Part shown: positions 21,439 through 31,293 of the stretch, in pieces | How positions within the stretch are numbered: position 1 is the stretch's first letter | Layout of the letters: every line of letters starts with the position of its first letter | Assembly (NCBI GenBank): GCA_964516045.1 | Contig: CAZEWM010000001.1 | Span: forward strand, 1-48,135 | Reading direction: 5' to 3' | Length of the DNA stretch: 48,135 bases | From: an uncultured Gammaproteobacteria bacterium | GTDB lineage: Bacteria; Pseudomonadota; Gammaproteobacteria; Chromatiales; Chromatiaceae | Notes under the pieces: model-generated | Databases searched by the model: none | Told to the model about the DNA's origin: nothing | The model's input: the letters and a program-made list of their open reading frames with translations, nothing else | Made by a program: the position numbers and the translations under genes

Positions 21439-21465
21439 AACATTATTTGGCTTCTTTTTAGTAAG

Positions 21466-21505
21466 CCGACTTGTTATCGTTAAGCGGTAACTTGTCGGTT
21501 TTTTT
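21466..21505 (+). terminator. Rho-independent terminator after the small secreted-protein gene
   Basis: Stem ccgacttgtta (21466-21476) / taacttgtcgg (21488-21498) with a 2-nt internal mismatch, followed by seven T (21499-21505). The T-tract abuts the ATG of the next gene. Confidence 0.6.
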
Positions 21506-22675
21506 ATGCCTACTGATTCGATTGTTTTTACTGTTTTCTTGATATTCACCGGTGCGGCTCTAGTGGCCACATTGGCGTTATATGCGCGCCAATCTTTGTT
21601 GGTTGCTTATATCTTCCTCGGCGCATTGTTAGGCCCGTGGGGTTTGGAGTTGGTTTCCGATGCTGAGCTGGTTCGTGAGACTGCAGAGTTTGGCATTATC
21701 TTTTTGTTGTTCTTGTTGGGTTTGAATCTTCAGCCTCAAGAGCTTTTTCATATGGTGCGTAAGACTACATGGGTCACTGTGTGGAGTAGTTTTTCTTTTG
21801 CTGCCTTTGGTTTTGCCATAGCAATGGCGTTTGGGTTTAGCGTGGCTGAATCATTGCTGGTTGGCGGTGCAGCCACGTTCTCCAGCACGATTATTGGTCT
21901 GAAGCTTTTACCAACCACGGTGCTGCATCATCAGCGAAGTGGTGAGGTCATTATCAGTATTTTGTTGCTGCAGGACTTGATCGCGATTTTCTTGCTGATC
22001 TTGGTGCAAAGCGTGGGGGCGGGCGATGTTTCTTTGATGGCATTGCTCAAGCCACTCGTTATGTTGCCGGCATTGATGGGTGTGGTCTGGCTTGCTAACC
22101 GATACATCTTGTTGTTTTTGATTGCTCGCTTTGATCGCATTCAGGAATACGTCTTCTTATTAGCCATCGGTTGGTGTCTAGGTATCGCGGAATTAGCGAT
22201 GTTATTTGGCTTGTCTGCTGAGATCGGAGCTTTCATTGCAGGTATTACCTTGGCGAGTAGTCCTATCGCACTATTTATTGCAGAAAGCCTAAAGCCGTTG
22301 CGTGACTTTTTCTTGGTGCTGTTCTTCTTCTCGTTGGGCGCCGGGTTTGATTTGTCACAGATTAACGATGTTCTTTTACCTGCGGCCTTATTGGCGGTTG
22401 GTTTGATGCTGTTAAAGCCATGGATCTTTAAGAAGCTGCTTCTAGGTATCGGTGAGTCTGAAAAGCGCTCACATGAGGTTGGATACCGTTTGGGTCAAAT
22501 GAGTGAGTTCTCTTTACTTGTGGTTGTTTTGGCTGTTGAGATGGGCGCGCTCAGTGCTAAAGCGTCTTATATGGTGCAATTGGCAACGTTGATGACCTTC
22601 TTGATCTCGTCTTATCTCGTAGTTGCGCGTTTCCCAACACCGATTGCGGTTAAGGATGAGCTAAGACGCGATTGA
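21506..22675 (+). CDS. Cation:proton antiporter, CPA2 / Na_H_exchanger family (no RCK/KTN domain)
   Basis: 389 aa with ~11-12 hydrophobic helices. Shows the KefB/KefC-like pattern (YIFLGALLGPWGLELV, FGIIFLLFLLGLNLQ, SSTIIGLKLL...LLLQDLIAIFLL). Ends directly after the membrane domain. Confidence 0.85.
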   Translation: MPTDSIVFTVFLIFTGAALVATLALYARQSLLVAYIFLGALLGPWGLELVSDAELVRETAEFGIIFLLFLLGLNLQPQELFHMVRKTTWVTVWSSFSFAAFGFAIAMAFGFSVAESLLVGGAATFSSTIIGLKLLPTTVLHHQRSGEVIISILLLQDLIAIFLLILVQSVGAGDVSLMALLKPLVMLPALMGVVWLANRYILLFLIARFDRIQEYVFLLAIGWCLGIAELAMLFGLSAEIGAFIAGITLASSPIALFIAESLKPLRDFFLVLFFFSLGAGFDLSQINDVLLPAALLAVGLMLLKPWIFKKLLLGIGESEKRSHEVGYRLGQMSEFSLLVVVLAVEMGALSAKASYMVQLATLMTFLISSYLVVARFPTPIAVKDELRRD

Positions 22676-22711
22676 TCTCGCGCTTTTGTTTGACGTCGGT
22701 ATCATGTCGTT

Positions 22712-23431
22712 ATGTCAAAGCAATCACCGAAAGATTCTTATGTGATCCATCCAATCGGTAGGGTGGAGTCACCTTATGCTGAGAAATTTGGCACACCACG
22801 CCAGCCTGGTTTAGTTAAGGCAGCTTTGGGTAAGTTATGCCTATCTCCCGATTATGCAAAAGCTGAAGCGTTGGAAGGTCTTGAGGGCTTTTCGCATCTT
22901 TGGGTGATCTTTGTATTTGATCGATGTGATGGTCAGGCAAAGCTGTCGGTAAGGCCGCCGCGTTTAGGGGGTAATGCCAGTATGGGTGTGTTTGCCAGCC
23001 GCTCGCCCTTTCGACCGAATAACTTAGGGCTGTCGGTATTGAAGATCGAATCGATAGATGAACAGCGTGGTGTGATTGCGGTCAGTGGCCTAGATCTCGT
23101 GAATGACACCCCCATTATTGATATCAAGCCTTACGTACCTTACGTTGATGCAGTTCCCGATGCGGCCAGTGGTTTTGCTGAGGGTGCCCCAGCTGAACTA
23201 GCGGTAGTGTTTGATGAGAGCGCAGAGCAGCAGTTACAGCAATTGCCAGATGGTGATGCGTTTAAACAATTGATCGAACAAACATTGGGATTTGATCCAC
23301 GACCTGCGTATAAAAAAGAGAAGACCGATGAGCAGGTGTATGGCACCGCGTTAGGTGCTTGGAATGTGCGTTGGCAAGTGGAGCAAGAGCACATCCGTGT
23401 GCTGACACTCGAGCCTTATTCAGTAATTTGA
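22712..23431 (+). CDS. tsaA: tRNA (m6t6A37) methyltransferase TrmO/TsaA (YaeB family)
   Basis: YaeB/TsaA motifs: IGRVESPY..KFGTPRQPGL, FSHLWVIFVF, FASRSPFRPNNLGLSV, LDLVNDTPIIDIKPYVPY. Confidence 0.9.
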   Translation: MSKQSPKDSYVIHPIGRVESPYAEKFGTPRQPGLVKAALGKLCLSPDYAKAEALEGLEGFSHLWVIFVFDRCDGQAKLSVRPPRLGGNASMGVFASRSPFRPNNLGLSVLKIESIDEQRGVIAVSGLDLVNDTPIIDIKPYVPYVDAVPDAASGFAEGAPAELAVVFDESAEQQLQQLPDGDAFKQLIEQTLGFDPRPAYKKEKTDEQVYGTALGAWNVRWQVEQEHIRVLTLEPYSVI

Positions 23432-23721
23432 TCTGGCTTTAGGGCGTTGTATTTATCAAGCTGCTCTTGAGTGGCTTTTTCTTGGTGGTTGTTCTTCCAT
23501 TCATCGTAAGTCATGCCGTACACAATCTCTCGCGCTTGGTCGTAATCCATCTCGATGCCGACGTCTTTGGCGCCACCCATTAGCCACTTCGACATGCAGT
23601 TACGGCAGAAGCCGGCCATGTTCATTAGGTCAATGTTTTGCACATCTTTACGCTTTTGAAAGTGAGATACGAGCTTGCGCCATGCGAGCGCTTCCATTTG
23701 CATTTGTTGTTCGGGTGTCAT
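23416..23721 (-). CDS. DUF1244-family small protein (CxxC-containing)
   Basis: 101 aa. Motif FCRNCMSKW plus EIVYGMTYDEWK matches my recollection of DUF1244. Its 3' end overlaps the tsaA 3' end by 16 nt (convergent). Confidence 0.75.
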   Translation of the reverse strand: MTPEQQMQMEALAWRKLVSHFQKRKDVQNIDLMNMAGFCRNCMSKWLMGGAKDVGIEMDYDQAREIVYGMTYDEWKNNHQEKATQEQLDKYNALKPDQITE

Positions 23722-23729
23722 GAGTGTTC

Positions 23730-24590
23730 CTAGTGCATGAGGTTAAACATTTGGCGACGTGCTTGATTAACGATTGGATCGTCTCCCAGCATGTCGAGTA
23801 ATTGAATGAGTGTTTTGCGAGCGGCATCATCATTCCAGTTCAGCTCGCGCATCATGATGCCAAGCAATTGCTGAATTGCAGATTCAATCTGCCCTTGAGT
23901 GATATCGCGTAGGGCAAGCGTGTAACGAGACTGATGGTCGTTGGCATCTTTTTCTAGAGCAGCTTCTGCTGCTGAGATGCTGGCGGGATCTGGTGTGAGT
24001 TCGGCAAAGTGAAGCTGACCACGGATCTTGCTGATCTCAGGTGAGTTTTGTTGATCTTCGGGTAGGGCATCAATGGCAAATTTTGCAGCATCAAAATTAC
24101 CAAGCGCTGCATGCGCTTTCGCCATCGCGATCAGAATCAAGTAATTGTTTGGATCGGCAGCTTGAGCCGGCGCGAGCAGTTCGAGTGCTTCTGCAAATTG
24201 CCCCATCGCCATCAGTTGTTCGGCTTGCGGAAGAACTGAGTTGGTTTCTCGAGGGATGTGTTTATCCAAGAAGGCGCGAATCTCAGTTTCAGGCAGTGCG
24301 CCGGCAAACTCATCCACCTGAGCGCCATCTTTGAATAGTTTGACAGTAGGAATGCTGCGAATGCCGAACTGTGCCGCAATTTCCTGCTGCTCTTCGGTAT
24401 TGAGTTTCGCCAGAATGAATTTGCCTTGATATTCCTCAGCTAGCTGGCTGAGAAGTGGCATTAAGATTTGGCAGGGCTGGCACCAGCTGGCCCAAAAATC
24501 GATAAGAACTGGTGTCTGTTGGGAGTCGTGCAGAACAACCTGTTCAAAATTCTCTAAGGTTAAATCAATGATAAAAGGTGATTCGCTCAT
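23730..24590 (-). CDS. Thioredoxin-domain + TPR protein (YbbN/CnoX-like) with an intact WCQPC active site
   Basis: N-terminal Trx fold (VLIDFWASWCQPCQILMP...IRSIPTVKLF) followed by a TPR-like helical C-terminal half. Lies 8 nt upstream of DUF1244 on the same strand. Confidence 0.88.
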   Translation of the reverse strand: MSESPFIIDLTLENFEQVVLHDSQQTPVLIDFWASWCQPCQILMPLLSQLAEEYQGKFILAKLNTEEQQEIAAQFGIRSIPTVKLFKDGAQVDEFAGALPETEIRAFLDKHIPRETNSVLPQAEQLMAMGQFAEALELLAPAQAADPNNYLILIAMAKAHAALGNFDAAKFAIDALPEDQQNSPEISKIRGQLHFAELTPDPASISAAEAALEKDANDHQSRYTLALRDITQGQIESAIQQLLGIMMRELNWNDDAARKTLIQLLDMLGDDPIVNQARRQMFNLMH

Positions 24591-24703
24591 CTAAAAAGCC
24601 TTGTTGATTGTCATCTGCATGAAATAGGGTTGGTTATGCAAGGTTTCAACTTGAATTTACTTAACTTGCCACAATTTATGAGGCATTGATACGGAGTAAA
24701 AGT

Positions 24704-25144
24704 ATGTCAGATCCTATCCAGATGGTTTGCCCAAGTTGTGGTGGTGTTAATCGAGCACCTGTTGAGCGCGCCAAAGAGGCCAAGTGTGGTCATTGTAAGT
24801 CAATGCTTTTTCAAGGCATGCCTGTTGATGTGGATGCGGTGAGCTTTGCGAAGCATGTGAGTAAGGGTGAAGTGCCCTTATTGGTCGACTTTTGGGCACC
24901 ATGGTGTGGCCCCTGCAAAATGATGGCGCCGGCATTTAGTCAGGCGGCGACAAAGCTAGAGCCGCGGGTCAGATTGCTTAAGGTCAATACTGAGCAGCAG
25001 TCAGGTCTGGCGGGTCAATTTGGTATTCGTAGCATTCCAACGCTGATGTTGATCCACAAGGGTAGAGAGATCGATCGACTGTCTGGCGCGCTTGATGCGG
25101 CTGGTTTGATTGCTTGGACTGAGCAGGCACTGAAAAAAGCCTGA
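24704..25144 (+). CDS. trxC: Thioredoxin 2 (N-terminal zinc-finger thioredoxin)
   Basis: CPSCGGVN...CGHCKS zinc-finger extension, then a Trx fold with WAPWCGPCK and IRSIPTLML. Start set to the ATG at 24704 (GGAG 8 nt upstream) rather than the track's TTG at 24686. Confidence 0.9.
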   Translation: MSDPIQMVCPSCGGVNRAPVERAKEAKCGHCKSMLFQGMPVDVDAVSFAKHVSKGEVPLLVDFWAPWCGPCKMMAPAFSQAATKLEPRVRLLKVNTEQQSGLAGQFGIRSIPTLMLIHKGREIDRLSGALDAAGLIAWTEQALKKA

Positions 25145-25316
25145 AAGAATTCAATTATTAAAGAATTTTGTAAGATTTCGCCTAGCACCAGAGGACGGAC
25201 TCGCGTACAATTTCTTTCTCAGAATTAGCCGTCAGTGCTAACTCTATCCAAGCCCTTGAACCCTTGCCGAATTGGATCCCAATTGAGAACTTTTTCGGCT
25301 ACTTGTGTGCGTGACA

Positions 25317-26444
25317 ATGAGCAAACCAGCGATTTTAGTTCTTGAAGATGGCAGCGTTTTTCGCGGTCAATCGATCGGTGCTGACGGCCAGACCGTTGGT
25401 GAAGTGGTTTTCAATACAGCCCTCACCGGATATCAAGAGATACTGACTGATCCCTCATATGCGCGTCAGATTGTCACCTTGACCTATCCGCACATTGGCA
25501 ACACCGGTGTAAATAAAGAAGACGAAGAGTCGGGTGATATTTACGCTGCAGGCTTGGTGATTCGAGATCTACCGCTTCTGGTGAGTAACTTCCGCAGTGA
25601 ACAAGCACTGGATGCATACCTTCGTGAGCATAATATTGTCGGTATCTCAGATATCGATACCCGTCGTCTAACTCGAATCTTGCGTGAGAAAGGCGCTCAA
25701 GCGGGCTGCATTCTTGCAGGTGATTCAGTGGATGAGGCAACCGCACTGGCTGCGGCTAAAGCTTTCCCTGGTCTTAAGGGAATGGATCTGGCTAAGGAAG
25801 TCACCACGAAAGCAGCTTATGAGTGGAATGAGACGAGTTGGTCATTGGCGCATGGCCATCAAACGGTTGCTGCTAAAGATCAAAAATTTCACGTAGTCGC
25901 TTATGACTTTGGCGTTAAGCGCAACATTCTTCGCATGTTGGTTGATCGCGGCTGCCGCTTGACGGTAGTTCCTGCAAAAACGCCTGCTGAAGAGGTTATG
26001 GCGATGAATCCCGATGGCGTCTTTTTATCGAATGGTCCTGGTGATCCAGAGCCATGTGATTACGCTATTGATGCGATTAAGACGATTGTTGATTCAGGTA
26101 AGCCGACCTTTGGTATTTGCTTGGGCCATCAATTATTGGCGCTCGCGAGTGATGCCAAAACGATGAAGATGAAGTTTGGTCACCATGGTGCGAACCATCC
26201 AGTGCAAAACTTGGATGACAAGACGGTAATGATTTCAAGTCAGAACCACGGTTTTGCGGTTGATGAGCAAAGCATGCCAAACACATTGCGTGTGACGCAT
26301 TCATCTTTGTTTGATGGTTCGATTCAAGGTATCCATCGAACGGATAAGCCGGCCTTCGGTTTTCAAGGTCACCCGGAGGCAAGCCCGGGCCCGCACGATG
26401 TGGCACCGGTCTTTGACCATTTCATCGAATTGATGAACCAGTAA
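25317..26444 (+). CDS. carA: Carbamoyl-phosphate synthase small (glutaminase) subunit
   Basis: [38 protein letters not shown]. Catalytic Cys GICLGHQ. His-Glu pair in [14 protein letters not shown]. Start trimmed from GTG 25305 to the ATG at 25317. Confidence 0.96.
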   Translation: MSKPAILVLEDGSVFRGQSIGADGQTVGEVVFNTALTGYQEILTDPSYARQIVTLTYPHIGNTGVNKEDEESGDIYAAGLVIRDLPLLVSNFRSEQALDAYLREHNIVGISDIDTRRLTRILREKGAQAGCILAGDSVDEATALAAAKAFPGLKGMDLAKEVTTKAAYEWNETSWSLAHGHQTVAAKDQKFHVVAYDFGVKRNILRMLVDRGCRLTVVPAKTPAEEVMAMNPDGVFLSNGPGDPEPCDYAIDAIKTIVDSGKPTFGICLGHQLLALASDAKTMKMKFGHHGANHPVQNLDDKTVMISSQNHGFAVDEQSMPNTLRVTHSSLFDGSIQGIHRTDKPAFGFQGHPEASPGPHDVAPVFDHFIELMNQ

Positions 26445-26497
26445 ATAATGAATTGAAGTAGGGGACGTTAAGTCCTCTTTTATTGCACGAGCACGAC

Positions 26498-29400
26498 ATG
26501 CCAAAACGTACAGACATAAAGAGCATTCTCATTATAGGCGCGGGACCGATTGTGATCGGACAGGCGTGTGAATTTGACTATTCTGGTGCCCAAGCGTGCA
26601 AAGCGTTACGCGAAGAAGGTTTCCGCGTGATCTTGGTGAACTCAAACCCTGCAACCATCATGACCGATCCCGATATGGCGGATGCGGTGTATATCGAGCC
26701 TATTACTTGGCGCACAGTTGCGGCGATTATCGAGAAAGAGCGTCCAGATGCTTTGTTGCCTACTATGGGTGGCCAAACGGCATTGAACTGCGCCTTGGAT
26801 CTTGATCGTGAAGGCGTGCTTGAGAAATTTAATGTCGAGATGATCGGCGCCAATAAGGATGCGATTGACAAAGCTGAAGACCGTGATCGTTTCCGTCAGG
26901 CAATGCTCAAGATCGGTTTGGATATGCCTCGTTCTGCGATTGCACACTCTTTAGAGGAGGCGCATCAGGTTCAAGCGACGATCGGTTTCCCAACCATTAT
27001 TCGTCCATCTTTCACCATGGGTGGATCTGGTGGCGGTATTGCTTACAACAAAGAAGAATTTGAAGAGATCTGTATTCGTGGTTTGGATCTATCGCCAACC
27101 AATGAGTTATTGATTGAAGAGTCGATTGCGGGTTGGAAAGAATACGAGATGGAAGTTGTGCGTGATCGTAACGACAACTGCATCATTATCTGCTCGATAG
27201 AGAACTTTGACCCAATGGGTGTGCATACCGGCGACTCGATAACCGTAGCTCCTGCCCAAACATTGACCGATAAGGAATATCAAATCATGCGTGACGCCTC
27301 CTTGGCGGTATTGCGTGAGATTGGTGTAGATACCGGTGGTTCAAATGTGCAGTTTTCAATTAATCCTGAGAACGGACGTATGATCATCATTGAGATGAAT
27401 CCACGTGTCTCACGTTCTTCGGCGTTGGCATCTAAAGCTACCGGCTTCCCGATTGCTAAGGTCGCGGCAAAATTAGCAGTTGGCTATACCCTAGACGAAT
27501 TGAGTAATGATATTACCGGTGGGGTAACGCCAGCATCATTCGAGCCATCAATTGACTATGTCGTGACCAAGGTTCCTCGCTTTGCTTTCGAAAAATTCCC
27601 ACAAGCGGATGCACGCCTAACAACCCAGATGAAATCAGTGGGTGAGGTAATGGCAATCGGTCGCACCTTCCAAGAATCAATGCAAAAAGCGTTGCGTGGT
27701 CTTGAGACGGGTAAGAATGGTTTTGACTCAATGGTTAAGACTACCGGTGAGGCGGCGCTTAAGAAGATTAAGAATGAGATTCGTCAACCAAGTGCAGACC
27801 GTCTTTGGTATGTCGGTGATGCTTTCCGGGTTGGCATGTCACTCGAAGAAGTCTTTGAGATCACTAAGATTGATCCATGGTTCTTGGTACAAATTGAAGA
27901 CCTGATTAAAGAAGAGAAAGCGGTGAGCGAGAATGGTCTTGCAGCGATTGATAGTGACCGCATGTATCGTTTGAAACGCAAGGGCTTCTCTGATGCGCGC
28001 TTAGCTGACTTACTAGATATCAATGAGTCTGAGTTGCGTGCTAAGCGTCATGAGCTAGGTGTTCGACCTGTTTATAAACGTGTTGATACCTGTGCGGCTG
28101 AATTTGCTTCAGATACGGCTTATATGTATTCAACTTATGAAGAAGAGTGTGAGTCTGAACCAACCAATCGAGACAAGATTATGGTGTTAGGCGGCGGCCC
28201 TAACCGTATTGGCCAGGGTATTGAGTTTGACTACTGTTGTTGTCACGCGGCATTTGCGATGCGTGACGATGGTTACGAAACCATTATGGTGAACTGCAAC
28301 CCAGAGACAGTATCAACTGACTATGACACTTCTGACCGTTTGTACTTTGAGCCGCTGACGCTCGAAGATGTGCTTGAGATCATCCATAAAGAACAGCCGA
28401 AAGGCATCATTGTTCAATATGGTGGTCAGACGCCATTGAAGCTTGCTGAAGAATTGGAAGCCGCTGGTGCGCCAATCATTGGTACCTCGCCAGATTCAAT
28501 CGACTTAGCAGAAGACCGTGAGCGTTTCCAGAAGCTGGTTGATGACTTAGGTCTGAAGCAGCCACCTAACCGAACAGCTACCGCAGAAGATCAAGCAGTC
28601 AAGCTTGCTGAAGAAATTGGTTATCCATTGGTTGTGCGTCCTTCATATGTGCTGGGCGGTCGTGCTATGGAGATTGTTCACGATAATGAAGATTTAGAGC
28701 GTTACATGCGTGAAGCGGTTAGCGTGTCGAATGACTCTCCTGTGTTACTCGATCGTTTCTTGGATGATGCAATCGAAGTGGATATTGATGCGATTTGTGA
28801 CGGCAAAGATGTATTGATCGGCGGCATCATGGAGCATATCGAGCAAGCGGGTGTGCACTCAGGTGACTCGGCGTGTTCATTGCCTCCTTACACGCTGAAC
28901 CAAGACGTTCAAGATCGTATGCGTGAGCAAATCAAGGCGCTGGCTCATGGCTTGAATGTTGTTGGTTTGATGAATACACAGTTTGCTATCAAAGATGATG
29001 ATATTTATCTGCTTGAGGTTAATCCCCGTGCGTCTCGTACAGTACCGTTTGTTTCTAAAGCGACGGGTCGTCCTTTGGCAAAGATTGCTGCACGTTGTAT
29101 GGCAGGCAAGTCGTTAGCTGAGCAGGGTGAGTTAGAGGAAATCATTCCTAAGCACTATTACGTTAAGGAAGCGGTATTCCCATTCAATAAATTCCCAGGC
29201 ATCGATACCATCTTAGGTCCTGAGATGAAGTCGACCGGTGAAGTGATGGGTGTAGCACCCACTTTCGGTGCAGCATTTGCAAAAGGCTTAGAAGGTGGCA
29301 GTCAGTGTTTGCCGCGTTCTGGCAAGGCGTTGATTTCTGTTCGCGAACTGGATCGTCAGCGTGCTGTTCAGGTGGCTAAGGACCTTAAAGAACTTGGCTT

Positions 29401-29707
29401 TGAGATTGCAGCAACCCGAGGCACTGCCCGCGAAATTAAAGCAGCGGGTGTTGAGTGCGAGATAGTCAACAAGGTAGCGGAAGGTCGTCCACATGTTGTC
29501 GATATGATTAAGAACAATGAGTTCTCTATCATCATGAATACCACTGAAGGTAAGCAGGCGATTCTCGATTCACGTTCTATTCGTGCCTCTGCTTCACAGC
29601 ACAAAGTCAGTTACTTCACTACAATCAACGGTGCAGAAGCTGCGGTGATGGCGCTGCGTCACCCTGATGAAGTCACTGTTAATAGCCTGCGTTCGCTGCA
29701 GTCATAA
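26498..29707 (+). CDS. carB: Carbamoyl-phosphate synthase large subunit
   Basis: [30 protein letters not shown]. Duplicated ATP-grasp halves (second: [21 protein letters not shown]). MGS-like allosteric C-domain. Start trimmed to the ATG at 26498. Confidence 0.97.
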   Translation: MPKRTDIKSILIIGAGPIVIGQACEFDYSGAQACKALREEGFRVILVNSNPATIMTDPDMADAVYIEPITWRTVAAIIEKERPDALLPTMGGQTALNCALDLDREGVLEKFNVEMIGANKDAIDKAEDRDRFRQAMLKIGLDMPRSAIAHSLEEAHQVQATIGFPTIIRPSFTMGGSGGGIAYNKEEFEEICIRGLDLSPTNELLIEESIAGWKEYEMEVVRDRNDNCIIICSIENFDPMGVHTGDSITVAPAQTLTDKEYQIMRDASLAVLREIGVDTGGSNVQFSINPENGRMIIIEMNPRVSRSSALASKATGFPIAKVAAKLAVGYTLDELSNDITGGVTPASFEPSIDYVVTKVPRFAFEKFPQADARLTTQMKSVGEVMAIGRTFQESMQKALRGLETGKNGFDSMVKTTGEAALKKIKNEIRQPSADRLWYVGDAFRVGMSLEEVFEITKIDPWFLVQIEDLIKEEKAVSENGLAAIDSDRMYRLKRKGFSDARLADLLDINESELRAKRHELGVRPVYKRVDTCAAEFASDTAYMYSTYEEECESEPTNRDKIMVLGGGPNRIGQGIEFDYCCCHAAFAMRDDGYETIMVNCNPETVSTDYDTSDRLYFEPLTLEDVLEIIHKEQPKGIIVQYGGQTPLKLAEELEAAGAPIIGTSPDSIDLAEDRERFQKLVDDLGLKQPPNRTATAEDQAVKLAEEIGYPLVVRPSYVLGGRAMEIVHDNEDLERYMREAVSVSNDSPVLLDRFLDDAIEVDIDAICDGKDVLIGGIMEHIEQAGVHSGDSACSLPPYTLNQDVQDRMREQIKALAHGLNVVGLMNTQFAIKDDDIYLLEVNPRASRTVPFVSKATGRPLAKIAARCMAGKSLAEQGELEEIIPKHYYVKEAVFPFNKFPGIDTILGPEMKSTGEVMGVAPTFGAAFAKGLEGGSQCLPRSGKALISVRELDRQRAVQVAKDLKELGFEIAATRGTAREIKAAGVECEIVNKVAEGRPHVVDMIKNNEFSIIMNTTEGKQAILDSRSIRASASQHKVSYFTTINGAEAAVMALRHPDEVTVNSLRSLQS

Positions 29708-29718
29708 AGGAATAAGCC

Positions 29719-30195
29719 ATGGATAAACATCCAATGACACTCGCTGGTGCGGAAAAGCTTCGTGCTGAGTTAAGTGAGCTAAAACAAGTTAAACGTCCCG
29801 CAGTGATCGCTGCGATTTCTGAAGCGCGCGAGCACGGCGACTTGAAAGAAAACGCTGAATATCATGCAGCGCGTGAACAGCAGGGTTTTATCGAAGGCCG
29901 CATTAAAGATATCGAAGCAAAGTTATCGCACGCGCAAATCATTGATGTCACTACGCTAAATGCCAATGGCAAAGTTGTGTTCGGCTCAACGGTCGTTTTG
30001 TTAGATATCAATACAGACGAAGAAAAGACCTATCAGATCGTTGGTGTTGATGAGGCGGATATCAAGATCAATAAGATTTCAGTCTCTTCACCTGTTGCCC
30101 GTGCATTGATTGGCAAAGAAGAGGGTGATGAGGTTGTCATGGAAGTGCCAGGCGGCACCCATGAGTTCGAGATTTTGGAAGTTCTCTACGTTTAG
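29719..30195 (+). CDS. greA: Transcription elongation factor GreA
   Basis: [15 protein letters not shown]....RP.....[21 protein letters not shown] is the canonical GreA coiled-coil. 158 aa. carAB-greA linkage as in Pseudomonas. Confidence 0.96.
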   Translation: MDKHPMTLAGAEKLRAELSELKQVKRPAVIAAISEAREHGDLKENAEYHAAREQQGFIEGRIKDIEAKLSHAQIIDVTTLNANGKVVFGSTVVLLDINTDEEKTYQIVGVDEADIKINKISVSSPVARALIGKEEGDEVVMEVPGGTHEFEILEVLYV

Positions 30196-30198
30196 GCT

Positions 30199-30495
30199 TT
30201 AGGCTGAAGGTAGTGCTACTTTTGGCTTCTTAGTGTTGCGACGGAAAAGAATTGCTATCTGTCCAATGTGTTGAATCAGCTCAGCGCCAGTGCTTTCCGT
30301 GATCTTAGCGATAGTTTCTAGGCGCTCTTCCTTCTCGGCAGCAATTTTGACTTTGATCAGCTCGTGAGTGTCTAACGCGAGCGTAATTTCATCCATCACA
30401 CTATCCCTCAGGCCGTGCTGACCTACCCAAACGACAGGTTTGAGGTGATGCGCAAGGCTGCGTAGATGGCGGGTTTGGGCGTTAGACAGTGGCAT
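30199..30495 (-). CDS. yhbY: Ribosome assembly RNA-binding protein YhbY (CRS1/YhbY domain)
   Basis: LSNAQTRHLRSLAHHLKPVVWVGQHGL...ELIKVKI pattern. 98 aa. Divergent from rlmE-ftsH exactly as in E. coli. Confidence 0.9.
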   Translation of the reverse strand: MPLSNAQTRHLRSLAHHLKPVVWVGQHGLRDSVMDEITLALDTHELIKVKIAAEKEERLETIAKITESTGAELIQHIGQIAILFRRNTKKPKVALPSA

Positions 30496-30603
30496 TGATT
30501 CGGCCTTGGTGTAAAAAGGCGCGTAATATAACGATTTGTAGACATCGTTGATAGCAAAATTGCGATTAACGCTGTGATTTTTAAATAAAAATGATTTTTC
30601 AGC

Positions 30604-31224
30604 ATGGCTAGATCAAAAAGTAGTCACCAGTGGATGCAGCGTCATGTGAATGACGAGTATGTGAAGCGCTCCCAAAAGGACGGTTATCGGTCTCGTGCGG
30701 CTTATAAGCTGCTGGAGTTGCAGGAGCGCGATAGAATGATCAAGCCAGGTCAGGTTATTGTGGATTTAGGCGCTGCGCCCGGCGGTTGGCTCCAGGTGGC
30801 GAAAAACCTAGTTGGCGAAAAAGGCGTCGTGATCGGCCTTGATTTGCTTGAGATTACGCCGATTCATGATGTTCCCTTAATACAGGGTGATTTCCGTGAG
30901 GAAGAGGTGCTCAACCAGCTATTAGATGTGCTTGATGGCCGGCAGGTAGACCTTGTTATTTCGGATATGGCCCCCAATGTTAGTGGTATGACTGCTGTAG
31001 ATCAGCCTCGGGCTATGTATCTGTGCGAACTCGCTCTCGATTTTTGTCGACAGGTGCTTCGTCCGGGCGGTGGATATGTCACCAAGGTTTTCCAGGGGGA
31101 AGGCTTTGACGAGTATTTTCGTGATGTAAAACAAAGCTTTGGCAAGCTTGTGACACGAAAGCCTAAGGCATCTCGCCCTAAAAGCCGTGAGGTTTATTTG
31201 GTAGCAGGGAACTTTAAAGCGTAG
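30604..31224 (+). CDS. rlmE: 23S rRNA (uridine2552-2'-O)-methyltransferase RlmE (FtsJ/RrmJ)
   Basis: SKSSHQWMQRHVNDEYVKRSQKDGYRSRAAYKL, SAM motif VVDLGAAPGGW, DLVISDMAPNVSG, KVFQGEGF. Confidence 0.95.
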   Translation: MARSKSSHQWMQRHVNDEYVKRSQKDGYRSRAAYKLLELQERDRMIKPGQVIVDLGAAPGGWLQVAKNLVGEKGVVIGLDLLEITPIHDVPLIQGDFREEEVLNQLLDVLDGRQVDLVISDMAPNVSGMTAVDQPRAMYLCELALDFCRQVLRPGGGYVTKVFQGEGFDEYFRDVKQSFGKLVTRKPKASRPKSREVYLVAGNFKA

Positions 31225-31293
31225 TAGCTTTCGATTATTAAAAGGAAAGGTCGCCCATTGGTAGAGGTGGCAGAGGAAAAGCTTGTGAATGAC

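Noticed and set aside
25141-25175. Possible ArgR ARG boxes (TGAAT-N4-ATTCA type) in the AT-rich patch upstream of carA.
   Set aside because: The best by-eye alignments have wrong half-site spacing (TGAAA-ga-ATTCA) or only 2/5 matches in the second half-site. There is no second box at the expected 21-bp phasing. Only the AAAGAATT repeat is reported, as a low-interest observation.
30496-30603. Looked for a sigma32 heat-shock promoter (CTTGAAA...CCCCAT) upstream of rlmE-ftsH.
   Set aside because: No CCCCAT-like -10 element is present in the divergent yhbY/rlmE intergenic region. No promoter could be assigned confidently.
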